64,000 bases of DNA from Candidatus Latescibacterota bacterium (lineage in GTDB: Bacteria > Latescibacterota > UBA2968 > UBA8231): the NCBI GenBank assembly GCA_965197905.1, contig CBDAOB010000003.1:896001-960000 (forward strand). The letters run 5' to 3'. The notes beneath the pieces are model-generated. The model saw only the letters and a program-made list of their open reading frames with translations, did no database searches and had not been told where the DNA came from. Every line of letters starts with the position of its first letter. Position 1 is the stretch's first letter. Below, piece by piece: positions 32,427-42,862 of this stretch. The position numbers and the translations under genes were made by a program.

Positions 32427-33773
32427 ATGACGACGCAAAGACGACCCAACATTGTGGTCTTCTTCACCGACCAGCAGCGTTGGGATAGCACCGGGTTGCA
32501 CGGCAATCCAATGGACATCACCCCCAATTTCGATCACATGGCGATGGAGGGTACCCATTGCCAGAATGCCTTCACCTGTCAACCGGTCTGCCTGCCGGCG
32601 CGTATGGTGATGCAGACCGGTCGTTACGCCTCTCAATGGGACTGCTATTGGAACGGCGGAGAGCTGCCCCTGGGAACGAGGACCATCGGCCACCACTTTC
32701 GCGATGCCGGATACCAAACGGGGTACGTAGGCAAGTGGCACCTGTGCCACGAAGAGCCGGTTCCGCAGGAGCGCCGCGATGGATACGACTACTGGGTCGG
32801 CTCCAACGTGCTCGAGTTTACTTCCGACGCGTATCAGACGCGCATGTACGATGGCGACAACCAGCCGGTGGATCTTCCGGGTTATCGCGTCGATGCGTTG
32901 ACCGACGCAGCCATCCGCTACGTGGACTCCCACCGCCAACACCCGTTCTTCCTGTTCTGCTCTTACATCGAGCCCCACTTCCAGAACCATCGAGACGATT
33001 ACCCGGCGCCCACCGGATACGCCGAGCGTTACCTTGACCCCTGGGTGCCGCCCGACCTGCGCGCCCTGGGCGGTTCCTCGGCAGGGCACCTGCCCGGTTA
33101 TTACGGCATGATCAAACGACTGGACGAAGCGTTCGGCCGCCTGCTGGACGCGCTGCGCAGCTTGAACCTGCTTGACAATACTATCGTTCTGTTCACGTCG
33201 GACCACGGCTGTCATTTCAAGACCCGCAACAGCGAGTACAAACGCAGCTGTCACGATGCTTCCATGCGTGTTCCGATGGCACTGACCGGTCCCGGCTTCT
33301 CTAGCGGGGGCCGTTTACAGGAAATGATCAGCCTGGTGGACGTCCCGCCGACCTTGCTGGATGCTTGCGGGATCCCGGTTCCTGCCGATATGCAGGGACG
33401 TTCGTTCGCGCCGCTGACTCGAGGAAGATTGGCGGATTGGCCGGAGGAGGTGTACGTGGAGATCTTCGAGACCAACCTGAGCCGCTGCGTGCGCACCAAG
33501 CGCTGGAAATACTCGGTGCGCAAAACCGAGAAGGGCCCGGAGAAGGGGAGCTCGTGGGAGTTTCGGGAAGACTGTCTCTTCGACCTGCTGGCCGACCCGT
33601 ACGAGCTCAACAACCTTGCGGGGCTCGAATCCCACCGCAAGGTGGCCGACGTCATGCAGGAAAGACTGATTCGCCGCATGACCGCGGCAGGCGAAGACAA
33701 ACCGGTCATTGATCTGGCCGCGATCGTTCCGGACCGGCGGTTGCCGGTCAGCGAAGAAGAGACGAGGCACTAG
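32427..33773 (+). CDS. Cys-type (formylglycine) sulfatase
   Basis: RPNIVVFFTDQQR, CLPAR (CxPxR), GKWH, SDHG. Confidence 0.92.
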   Translation: MTTQRRPNIVVFFTDQQRWDSTGLHGNPMDITPNFDHMAMEGTHCQNAFTCQPVCLPARMVMQTGRYASQWDCYWNGGELPLGTRTIGHHFRDAGYQTGYVGKWHLCHEEPVPQERRDGYDYWVGSNVLEFTSDAYQTRMYDGDNQPVDLPGYRVDALTDAAIRYVDSHRQHPFFLFCSYIEPHFQNHRDDYPAPTGYAERYLDPWVPPDLRALGGSSAGHLPGYYGMIKRLDEAFGRLLDALRSLNLLDNTIVLFTSDHGCHFKTRNSEYKRSCHDASMRVPMALTGPGFSSGGRLQEMISLVDVPPTLLDACGIPVPADMQGRSFAPLTRGRLADWPEEVYVEIFETNLSRCVRTKRWKYSVRKTEKGPEKGSSWEFREDCLFDLLADPYELNNLAGLESHRKVADVMQERLIRRMTAAGEDKPVIDLAAIVPDRRLPVSEEETRH

Positions 33774-33925
33774 CCCTCCTCTCGAGGAAGTCGCCTGCGG
33801 GAGGACGCCTCCGAGGACTTTTCAGCTGGATTAATCGACGCGACTCTCCGTCGATACTATCGTTCGGTAACAACAATGGTTGGCCGTTTTTACTTCCTCT
33901 AACCATAAACGTTGGAGCTCCTCCA

Positions 33926-35049
33926 ATGAACAACCTCGAAGGGCCGCGTCCGGCGAGACCGGACGAGTTGGACGACATCCTCGTGCTGGCCAACGCAGTC
34001 ATGCGCGAAGGGCGGGCGCCGACGATCGCCACCGATTACAAGTTCATCTACAACGACGAGAATGCTGGCAACATCATCATCGTCCGGGACGGCGACCGCG
34101 TCGTCAGCACAACTGGCATCTGGATGAACACGGTCGAGGCGGGGGCAGGACGGATACGGGCGGGTGGTATCAATTGCGTCGCCACTCTGTCCGGTTATAG
34201 GGGGCAGGGCCTGGCCACAAAGGTCATGTACAAGGCCATGGAGCACATCGCAGGGCTGGGCTGCCATGTGGGTCGCCTGACGACGAATATCAATGATTGG
34301 TACTACCGCATGGGTTGGGAGAATGCCGGCTCTCTGTACACCTATCGGCTGAACCATTCGAACGTCGATCTGCTGCCAGGTTTAGCCGAAGGACTGACAG
34401 TCACGGACACGACCGAATTCAACGATGAGCTTCTCACCGCTGTTGTCGAGCTGCGCCGGGCCGACCGGCTCGGTGGCGTGCGCATACCGGCGATCATGCG
34501 TGCCCTCCTTGAGGCCGGGAGTGACCCCAAATTGATGGGCAGCAAGAAGCTCGTGGTGGCATGGAAAAATGACGCGCCGCTCGCCTACTGCCTCGATACC
34601 GAGCGCGGTATCGTCGAATGGGGTGGAGAGGGGAGGCTGGTCGCCGGTCTGCTCCGCGAGTGGTTCGGTCGACGCGTCGGCCAGCGAGGGGGGAGCTGCC
34701 GACGGGATCCGAGGAAAAGGTCGCGGCAAGCCACGAGCTCGCCGTTGTCGCGCCAAAGATCGGGCACCCATTCCTCGAGCTGCTCGACACCCTGTCACTG
34801 TCCGCGAACCATGAATACTGGGGCATGCTCAATGTCATCGACCCCCGCGGCATCCTCGACGCCTTTGGTCTGGAGTCTATCGACTTGAGCGAAGCGGACG
34901 GGATGTTCACCTTGAGTCGGGGAGGTGAGTCCGTCACCGTGACGTGCCAGGCGCTGGCGAAACTGCTGTTCGGACGGGAACGCATTACCGACTTTGCCGC
35001 GGACCAGTTACCGCTCCTGTTCTGGGAATGGCCCCTGGAGCACGTATGA
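33926..35049 (+). CDS. GNAT (Eis-like) acetyltransferase; frameshift in G-run at 34688-93
   Basis: GGINCVATLSGYRGQGLA acetyl-CoA motif, YYRMGW; C-terminus continues in the 34618-35049 frame (LAKLLFG...PLLFWEW). Confidence 0.8.
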
Positions 35050-35155
35050 GATTCTGCCACAGCCCGCCGGGTTGGTCTGGTCTAGTGCATACTCGAGTGG
35101 CTATGGCGGCTGGCGGCGATCGCCAGCGCACGCGAATTCTGATTGGAGAGATTGA

Positions 35156-36244
35156 ATGCTGATATTCGATGGTGATTATCCGATGGCGTTCGGGGGCATG
35201 GAGATCAACCGGGATCTGACTCTGCCGATTGCGGAGCTCCGTGCCCAGGACGAAACACCAGGCAACGTAGCATTCGCATCGCTGCCCGAACTGCGCCGGG
35301 CGGGTGTAACCGCGGCGCTCATGAAGTTCACCGTGCGGCGCAAATACGCAGGCAGCGTCTCATCTGGATACAACGGCGCCGAAGCCTGCCATGCCGCGGC
35401 CAAAGGGCAGGTTGCGTACTACCACATTCTTGCAGAGCGTGGTGAAGGTGTGGTGATAACGACCAGCAAACAGCTGGCGCAGCAGATTTCGAGCTGGGAG
35501 CAGCAGGAGGACAGGTCATCGCTGCCGGTCGGGTTTGTGCTGGGGATGGAAGGTTCAGATCCGGTCCTGCATCCGGAACAGGTGCACGAATGGTGGGCTC
35601 TCGGGGTCCGCGTCGCGAGCCTGACCCATTACGGTCCCAGCGCCTACGCCCACGGCACCGGGACGGAAGGCGGGCTACTGGGCGAAGCCGTGGCATTGCT
35701 GAAGGAGATGCAGGTGTGCGGCATGCTGCTGGACATGACCCATATCGACGACCAGAGTTTTTGGGAAGCGTTGGAACATTACTCGGGCCCGATTCTTGCC
35801 AGCCATCAGAACTGCAGGGCGCTCGCACCGGGCCAGCGCCAGTTCAGCGACGAGCAGCTGCAAGCAGTCATCGAGCGCGGAGGGGTCATTGGCGCTTCCA
35901 TGGATACCTGGATGTTGTGTCCGGAACAGGTGATCGAGTGGAGCAAAACCGCGACTTTCACTCGCCGGGACGTGTTTCCGCGCGAATCCATAACCCTCGG
36001 AACCCTGGCCAACCATATCGATCACGTGTGCCAGCTTGCCGGCAATGCCGACCACGCCGCCATCGGCGGTGATACCGATGGACAGGGAGGGGTGGACGGG
36101 GCGCCCCACGAGATCGATACCGTGGCCGACTACCAACGATTGGCCCCCATCTTGAGCGAGCGCGGATACAGCGACGAAGACGTGGCCAAGATCATGTACC
36201 GCAACTGGCAGCGGTTCTACCAGGAGCACTTACCGGCCGAGTGA
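35156..36244 (+). CDS. Membrane dipeptidase (peptidase M19/amidohydrolase) family
   Basis: LGMEG, SLTHYG, LDMTH, ASHQN, IDHVC, IGGDTDG, NWQRF. Confidence 0.88.
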   Translation: MLIFDGDYPMAFGGMEINRDLTLPIAELRAQDETPGNVAFASLPELRRAGVTAALMKFTVRRKYAGSVSSGYNGAEACHAAAKGQVAYYHILAERGEGVVITTSKQLAQQISSWEQQEDRSSLPVGFVLGMEGSDPVLHPEQVHEWWALGVRVASLTHYGPSAYAHGTGTEGGLLGEAVALLKEMQVCGMLLDMTHIDDQSFWEALEHYSGPILASHQNCRALAPGQRQFSDEQLQAVIERGGVIGASMDTWMLCPEQVIEWSKTATFTRRDVFPRESITLGTLANHIDHVCQLAGNADHAAIGGDTDGQGGVDGAPHEIDTVADYQRLAPILSERGYSDEDVAKIMYRNWQRFYQEHLPAE

Positions 36245-36245
36245 G

Positions 36246-37292
36246 ATGAAGACCGACGAGTTTCGGCTCGGCATCGTTGGGTGCGGCGGTATCTCCGGCC
36301 ATCACGGAAGGGGTTCTCTGGCAGCCGAAGGGATTAGGCTGGTCTCCTGCTGCGACGTGCGACCCGAGAGGACGGCAGAGTTCGCCGATCGCTTCGGCTG
36401 CGACACGCAATACGATGACTACCTGCAGATGATTCGGGAGCAGGAGCTGGACGGTGTCTTGCTCGCGACCTGGCCGAATCAACACCGGGAGCAGGTGGAG
36501 CGCTGCCTGGACGCTGGCGCGCGAAACATTCTTTGCGAGAAGGCGCTGGCTCTTACCAGCGAAGAGGCTGCAGAGATTCGCAACCTGGTGCAGAGGGCGG
36601 ACGCCTTCCTGATGGAAGGGTTCATGTACCGCCACCATCCGGTTATATCTGAGATCGAGAAGCTGATAGCAGCCGGAGAGATCGGACAGATCGACTCCGT
36701 CCGCGGGGTATTCAGCAGCTTCGATCCGGAAACTGCGGCAGCCACCGATGCTGAGCGCAACTGGCGGCAGCGGCGGGAATGTGGCGGTGGTGTGCCGCAC
36801 GACTTTGCCTGTTATGCCACCGATGCCTGCAATCACTTCTCCGGCAGCGTTCCGGTGCGGGCGTACGGCCTCGGCGGCATCAGTCCGCGATACGACACCG
36901 TCAATCGAATGTTCGGTTTGATCGAGTATGAGAACGGTTGCGTCGGAATGATGGAGAGCAGCAAGGGGGCCAATCACAGCCAGGAGCTGAAGATCACCGG
37001 TTCGGCCGGGATCATTACGCTGCCGATTGCGTGGACGATTCTGGAGGAAGCCACCTATTTCGTCAGCCACTGTGAGGATTGGGCCCACGTAGAAACCGAG
37101 CGTCGTCAGATGGGCGCCGCCGACAGCTACCAGCTGCAGCTGGAGAACTTCGTCGACACAGCGCGCCGGAAAGCTGAGCCTGGGATGCCGCTGTCCGACT
37201 CCGTGACCAATTGCACGACGATAGAAGCGCTGGTGCAAAGCATCGCGGTTGGCCACCACGTGGACATCGAAACTAGACTGGTGCCAACATGA
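36246..37292 (+). CDS. Gfo/Idh/MocA oxidoreductase
   Basis: GIVGCGGI, LCEKA, MEGFMYRHHP, GGG..D..CY. Confidence 0.9.
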   Translation: MKTDEFRLGIVGCGGISGHHGRGSLAAEGIRLVSCCDVRPERTAEFADRFGCDTQYDDYLQMIREQELDGVLLATWPNQHREQVERCLDAGARNILCEKALALTSEEAAEIRNLVQRADAFLMEGFMYRHHPVISEIEKLIAAGEIGQIDSVRGVFSSFDPETAAATDAERNWRQRRECGGGVPHDFACYATDACNHFSGSVPVRAYGLGGISPRYDTVNRMFGLIEYENGCVGMMESSKGANHSQELKITGSAGIITLPIAWTILEEATYFVSHCEDWAHVETERRQMGAADSYQLQLENFVDTARRKAEPGMPLSDSVTNCTTIEALVQSIAVGHHVDIETRLVPT

Positions 37293-38152
37293 GACTGGGT
37301 GGATTTTTCGGGGCCCCCAGCGAAGACGAATTGGCGCCCCTGTGCGCCAAGCTGGACCAGTACGGTCTATCCGCAATCTCCGCTCCCTCTGCCTGTGCGG
37401 AGATGGCAGATGACGATGTCGCTTCCTATGGCGAGACTGCGCGTGGCCTTGGGCTCGTCGTCGGGGAGTGGGGGTACTGGAACAACATGATGACGCCAGA
37501 TGAGTCCGAGCAGGAGCGTCGTGTCCAGGGTCTGCGCAATGTCCTCCGAAAAGCGGAGGTGATGGGCGTTCCCTGTGTGGTGACCCTGGTGGGAACCAAG
37601 GACGTGTCCGACCACGCCCTCGCCCCCGACCCGTATATGTTCACCGAGGCCTGCAAGGCGGAGTTTCGCGAGCTGGTGTTACGCGTGCTCGACGGACTCC
37701 ACCTGGAAACAGCGCGTTATGCCATCGAGCCATGGTGCAATACCTTCTTCTACCAGCCGGAGGATATCCTTTCCTTCATCGACAGCGTTGGCCATCCGCG
37801 CTTCGGTGTGCACCTGGATCAGATGAACATGGTGAGCTTTGCCGACTTCTACAGCACCACCGATCTCATCAACCGCACCTTCGACCTATTGGGCGAACAT
37901 GCCTGCAGCGTTCACCTCAAGGATATCGCCTGGGACTACTCTCACATGTTCCTGAAATGGGACGAGGTCTACATAGGTGATGGTGTTATGGACTACGATA
38001 CCTACCTTAAACGGCTGGCGCAGCTGCCGCAGGACACGCCCTGTTACTGCGAGCATATGAGTCAGGAAAGTGATTACGCGCTCAATTTCGAACGCTTGCA
38101 CAAACGTGCGGAGATTGCCGGCGTCCGGTTCCAGCGCAGAAATCCCACATGA
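37289..38152 (+). CDS. Sugar phosphate isomerase/epimerase (TIM barrel)
   Basis: AIEP, HLDQMN, VHLKD, CEH; ATGA overlap with the upstream stop. Confidence 0.82.
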   Translation: MRLGGFFGAPSEDELAPLCAKLDQYGLSAISAPSACAEMADDDVASYGETARGLGLVVGEWGYWNNMMTPDESEQERRVQGLRNVLRKAEVMGVPCVVTLVGTKDVSDHALAPDPYMFTEACKAEFRELVLRVLDGLHLETARYAIEPWCNTFFYQPEDILSFIDSVGHPRFGVHLDQMNMVSFADFYSTTDLINRTFDLLGEHACSVHLKDIAWDYSHMFLKWDEVYIGDGVMDYDTYLKRLAQLPQDTPCYCEHMSQESDYALNFERLHKRAEIAGVRFQRRNPT

Positions 38153-38239
38153 GTCAGCAACGCGCCGGACCGATGGGAGCTCGGCACGAGGTGATGTGAC
38201 CTCCTACGATGATATGTGAAACGTCAAGCGGTTGAATCC

Positions 38240-39031
38240 ATGAAGCTCGATCCTTCTCAAGTGGCCGAATTCGAAGAACGGGGGTTCCTGCTCTTTCCCG
38301 GTCTGCTGGATAGAGATGAGGTGGGTGTGCTTCAACGTGAAATTCCGGCGCTGCTGCAGCGTTCCGGCTCGGAGACGGTCCGGGAGCAGGAAGACCCGTC
38401 AAGTGCCAGGCTCGTTTTTGGCGTCCATCAGTTTTCCGAGCCGTTTCGCCGATTGGTGCACCTGCCACGGCTTCTGAACCCCGTGCAGCAGCTCTTGGGA
38501 GAAGCGGTATACCTGTATCAGAGCCGTCTCAATCCGAAACCAGGATTAGGCGGTGGTGGGAGCTGGGACTGGCACCAGGACTATCCACCGTGGCATTCCA
38601 TAGATGGGGTCCCCGAACCGCGGATGATCATGGCGTCGGTATTCGTCGACGACTGCACACCCGTCACCTCGCCGCTGTTGGTGATACCGGGCTCCCAGGG
38701 TCACGGCCTTCTCGATGCCGAGCTCCATAAAGACGCCAGGGGCCGGGGGTATGACCTGCAGACTATCGAGCCCGAGCTGCTGGAGCCGATAGCAAATAAA
38801 CATGGGATCGAACCCCTTCTCGGTCCGGCCGGGTCAGTGGCTTTCGTTCACGTCAATGTTTTGCACGGCTCTGCAAACAACGTCTCTCCCTGGCGCCGGG
38901 CGATTACCTACCTGATCTACAACGCGGTTTCCAACGCCGCCACGAAGTTCGAGCGTGCCTGGTTTCAATGTGCTCGGGACTTTACGCCACTTGTCCCGGG
39001 TGAAGACGATAGCCTGAAGCGAGCTACTTGA
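38240..39031 (+). CDS. Fe(II)/2-oxoglutarate dioxygenase, PhyH family (EctD/proline-hydroxylase-like)
   Basis: WHQD, LHGS..N.SPW.R facial-triad motifs; alternative GTG start at 38216. Confidence 0.85.
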   Translation: MKLDPSQVAEFEERGFLLFPGLLDRDEVGVLQREIPALLQRSGSETVREQEDPSSARLVFGVHQFSEPFRRLVHLPRLLNPVQQLLGEAVYLYQSRLNPKPGLGGGGSWDWHQDYPPWHSIDGVPEPRMIMASVFVDDCTPVTSPLLVIPGSQGHGLLDAELHKDARGRGYDLQTIEPELLEPIANKHGIEPLLGPAGSVAFVHVNVLHGSANNVSPWRRAITYLIYNAVSNAATKFERAWFQCARDFTPLVPGEDDSLKRAT

Positions 39032-39058
39032 CCCTGCGATGACCGCGTAGAAGGTGTT

Positions 39059-39723
39059 ATGATACTGGTGACCGGGGCCGCAGGAAGGTTGGGGAAGAGA
39101 GTCGTAAACCTGCTTATGGAGCGGGGAGAACAGCACGGTTCGTCCACGTCGATGTGACCAAAGCCGACGAAGTGGACTCCATGGTAAAGGAAGCGGTGAG
39201 TGCCTTCGGGCGTCTCGATTGCGCTCACAACAACGCCGGAGGCGGCAGCTCGATCCGGGCCCCTATCCACGAGTATCCGGAGGAGGACTTCGATCGCATC
39301 ATGACCCTGAATGTGAAGGGGGTCTGGTTGTGTTTGAAGGCGGAGCTCAAACAGATGCTCGCACAGGGAGGCGGCTCCATCGTCAACACCGCTTCCGTAA
39401 TGGGGCTAGTGGGAACGCCACTGGGAAATTTGCCGTACACAGCAAGTAAACACGGCATCGTGGGCATGACCAAGACCGCCGCCATCGTCTACGCCAACCA
39501 GGGCATCCGCATCAACGCGGTGTGCCCGGCCTACATGCAGAATGCCCTGGAGGAAGGGGGTGGTGACGCCGAGGGACGGGCGAAGATCCTGGCGCGTCAT
39601 CCCATGGGACGGGTCGGCAGGGTTGAAGAGGTGGCGGAAGCAGTGGTCTGGCTCTCCTCCGATGCCGCGTCGTTTGTTACCGGACATTCCTTGCCCGTGG
39701 ACGGCGGTTACGTAGCTCAATAG
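39059..39723 (+). pseudogene. Short-chain dehydrogenase with an incomplete or chimeric N-terminus
   Basis: MILVTGAAGRLGKRVV... (39059) is out of frame with the classical SDR body ARFVHVDVT...NNAG...YTASKH...VDGG; junction near 39130. Confidence 0.65.
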
Positions 39724-39773
39724 CTGCCGGTTCCATCTGGTCGTGACTCTCCTACACCCCTGAAGCCAAGTCG

Positions 39774-40523
39774 CTATTCGTCGAACTTGTGGCGGAAGCT
39801 CATCATATTGACCTCCGGCTTGTACCCCAGAATCTCTTTTGCGTCGCTCAGGTCGAGGAAGCCGACGTGCTCTTCAAAGACATTCTCTGAAGCGCCGTAA
39901 GCGATCACGAATCTCTCCGGTCCCTCGTAGTCCACGGCAAGCGTCAATAGCTGCACGAGGTCCGCCGGGGCCAGCAGGGTGCTGCATCGACGCAGGCTCT
40001 CGGGTTCCGCGGTGCCGTGATAGGTGCCGATGCGGAAAGCGATGAACCGCCGGCCGCAAACGTTGACGAGGTACTTGCCGGCCGCCTCCGCCATACATTT
40101 CATGGCACCGTACCAGCCATCCGGGTTTATCTGATCCACCGTGGAGAAGATTGGCGGATCGCTCTTCTCATTCCAACCGCTGGCGTGGTTGGAGCTGGCA
40201 TAAACGATCTTGCCGACGTCGGCTCGATGGGCGAGCTCGAACAGCTGCATCTGCATGCCGATGTCGGTCATGCCCCCATCGAGCTCGCCGACATTGGTCG
40301 CACCCAGGCGGGCCAGTGCGACGAGAACATCCTGGTTGGCACACACTCGTGCCGTGAAGGCGTGGTCCTGCAAGTCTCCCACCTCGACCCGGGACCGAGC
40401 GCCCTCGACCGGGTTCAGGTCCACCAGAGTCAGATCGTATCGATCCTCAGCTTCCCAGGCTGGCCACAACGCCGATCCGATGCGGCCACAGGCGCCGGTC
40501 AGCAACACTTTTGGTTTTGCCAT
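39774..40523 (-). CDS. NAD-dependent epimerase/dehydratase (uronate dehydrogenase-like)
   Basis: VLLTGACGRIG, YASSNHA, PDGWYGAMK, RIG; ATG at 40523 after GGGAG. Confidence 0.85.
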   Translation of the reverse strand: MAKPKVLLTGACGRIGSALWPAWEAEDRYDLTLVDLNPVEGARSRVEVGDLQDHAFTARVCANQDVLVALARLGATNVGELDGGMTDIGMQMQLFELAHRADVGKIVYASSNHASGWNEKSDPPIFSTVDQINPDGWYGAMKCMAEAAGKYLVNVCGRRFIAFRIGTYHGTAEPESLRRCSTLLAPADLVQLLTLAVDYEGPERFVIAYGASENVFEEHVGFLDLSDAKEILGYKPEVNMMSFRHKFDE

Positions 40524-40586
40524 GGTGTTCTCCCGTAGTGATGTTGGAATCACCTGACTGCGTGCCAGGGTGTGAAACCGGCGCCT

Positions 40587-40907
40587 CTACTGCAGCACCG
40601 ACTTGGGGGTTGGCTGTATCCTGCGCACGACGATCTTCTCTCGGTCCATCATTTCGGGAATTTTCGGTGCGATGTCATTTTTCCAGATATCGCTTTCGTA
40701 CACCGCCGCGTATAACTGCTCGCGGCTCTCCTCACTGTCGAAGCGCCTGATCCAGATGTAGAGGTCGTCCTCTTCCTCGCCGACGAAGCTGCCCACTACA
40801 ACCATGCCTTTGGACACCTGGAGCGGTATGATCTTCTCTTCCATGAACTTCACCCAATTCTCCCGTTCTCCCGGTTTCGCACGATACTCTCTGAGCTCGA
40901 AAAACAT
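40587..40907 (-). CDS. NIPSNAP family protein
   Basis: MFFELREY, YIWIRRF, PTPKS; AAGGAG RBS. Confidence 0.88.
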   Translation of the reverse strand: MFFELREYRAKPGERENWVKFMEEKIIPLQVSKGMVVVGSFVGEEEDDLYIWIRRFDSEESREQLYAAVYESDIWKNDIAPKIPEMMDREKIVVRRIQPTPKSVLQ

Positions 40908-41152
40908 AGAATCGTCTCCTTGGAATTGAATTCATCGGGCTGAGTACAGTTATTAATGCCTGGAGTACTGTCAAGCACGGACGGTTGCTACCCCACTGCG
41001 GAGCTTTGAAACGTATACGAGGCCGGCTATTTGCCCAACTGGTGGTCATACGGACCAACCAGCGAGCATTTTGCGACACCAGCAATAGGAACCGAGGCGA
41101 TCATCAAAGATACCATCGCCTCATTGTGGCCAAAATAGGAGGAGTGTGAACA

Positions 41153-42784
41153 GTGACAGGCAATGATGTCATGGCAAGAATTCTGAAAGCGGAAGGTGTG
41201 GAATGGGTCGCAGCCTTCCCCAACAACAAGCTGATCGATGCGATCACCGATGCCGGTATTCGGCCGATCATTACTCGCCACGAACGGGCGGGGGTCAACA
41301 TGGCGGACGGATTCAGCCGCATCAAAAACGGCGACGGGTTCGGTGTCTTTATCATCCAGCAAGGCCCGGGCGCCGAGAACGCCTACGGTGGGGTTGCCCA
41401 GGCGTTTGCAGATTCCATCCCGATCCTGCTGCTGCCGGCTGGTCATGATCGCGGCAATAATCAGTGCCACCCTAACTTCGATGCGGTAGAGAACTACCGC
41501 GGCATCACCAAGTGGTCGGTCAACGCCAACAGCGCAGATCGCATTGCCGAATTCATGCACATGGCGTTTGCCCAATTGAAGCACGGACGACCCGGTCCGG
41601 TGCTGATCGAGACGCCGGTGGACGTGGGAGAGGAGGATTTCCCTGATGCCGACTTCGATTACGAGCCGGTGAAGGCGTTCAAGTCCGCCGCCGACACGGA
41701 TGACGTTCGCGACCTGGTGAAGACGCTGCTTGGCGCGTCGTTTCCGCTGCTCAACGCCGGTCACGGAGTGCTCTGGGCTCAGGCCGCCGACGAATTGAAA
41801 GAGCTCGCCGAGCTCACGCAGATTCCCGTAATGACGACGCTGGCCGGCAAGAGCGTATTTCCGGAGAATCATGCGCTGGCGTTGGGTGCGGGTGGCAATT
41901 CGGCTACCGCCATGGTACGCCAGTTCCTGCCGCGGGCGGATTTCGTGCTTGGCCTCGGATCCAGCTTCTCCAACAACCATTTCAACATCGCCATGCCGGA
42001 CGGTTTGACCCTGGGCCAGGTGACCAACTGTCCCGAGGATCTGGGCAAACATCGGGGCGTGCGCTGCGGAGCCATCGGCGATGCGAAGCTGGTGCTCAGA
42101 CAGATGATCGAGGAAGTAAAGAGCCAGTCCGGGGCCAACGGCCGGCCTGAGAACACCGGTCTGAAGGAGGAGATAGCGAACGCAAAACAGGCCTTTCTGG
42201 CAGAGTGGGCACCCAGGCTTCAATCGGATGAGATCCCGATCAATCCGTACCGGGTTATCACAGAGCTCGCCAAGGCGGTGGACGTATCCAACACAATCAT
42301 CACCCACGACTCCGGGTTCCCCAGAGATCAGTTCGTGCCGTTCTGGGAGCCGGTCTCGCCCAGAGGGTATTTGGGCTGGGGCAAGTCGACCCAGCTTGGG
42401 TACGGACTCGGTCTGGCGCTGGGCGCGAAGATGGCGGCGCCGGAAAAAAACGTGATAAACGTCATGGGGGACGCCTCCTTCGGCATGGCCGGCATGGACG
42501 TGGAGACGGCCGCCCGGGCGGAGATCCCGATCACGACGGTGGTGTTGAACAACGGTGTGATGACCAAGTACTCGACCTACATACCGGTGGCTTCCAAGGT
42601 CTGGAACAGCAACAAGCTAACCGGGGATTATCGCATGATGGGCGAGGCGCTGGGAGCCCACAGCGAACGGGTGGACGCCGTGGAGGAGTTGGTGCCCGCA
42701 TTCCAAAGAGCAGCCGACCGCAATCGCGATGGTCAGCCGGCGCTGGTCGAGGTCATGGTCAAGGAGGAGCCGGTCTTTGCCTAG
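41153..42784 (+). CDS. Thiamine-pyrophosphate-dependent enzyme (acetolactate synthase-like superfamily)
   Basis: RHERAGVNMADG, GRPGPV, TPP motif MGDASFGM...VLNN. Confidence 0.9.
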   Translation: MTGNDVMARILKAEGVEWVAAFPNNKLIDAITDAGIRPIITRHERAGVNMADGFSRIKNGDGFGVFIIQQGPGAENAYGGVAQAFADSIPILLLPAGHDRGNNQCHPNFDAVENYRGITKWSVNANSADRIAEFMHMAFAQLKHGRPGPVLIETPVDVGEEDFPDADFDYEPVKAFKSAADTDDVRDLVKTLLGASFPLLNAGHGVLWAQAADELKELAELTQIPVMTTLAGKSVFPENHALALGAGGNSATAMVRQFLPRADFVLGLGSSFSNNHFNIAMPDGLTLGQVTNCPEDLGKHRGVRCGAIGDAKLVLRQMIEEVKSQSGANGRPENTGLKEEIANAKQAFLAEWAPRLQSDEIPINPYRVITELAKAVDVSNTIITHDSGFPRDQFVPFWEPVSPRGYLGWGKSTQLGYGLGLALGAKMAAPEKNVINVMGDASFGMAGMDVETAARAEIPITTVVLNNGVMTKYSTYIPVASKVWNSNKLTGDYRMMGEALGAHSERVDAVEELVPAFQRAADRNRDGQPALVEVMVKEEPVFA

Positions 42785-42862
42785 GAGGCTGAGTTTGCGA
42801 ACAATCACACATGGCCATTGCCGAGTGTGCGTTGACCTTGCGGCCATAAAGAATTCCTGACC

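Noticed and set aside
33775..33825. Imperfect inverted repeats after the sulfatase gene
   Set aside because: Possibly a terminator, but the stem is irregular and no second copy was seen to support a REP-type repeat.
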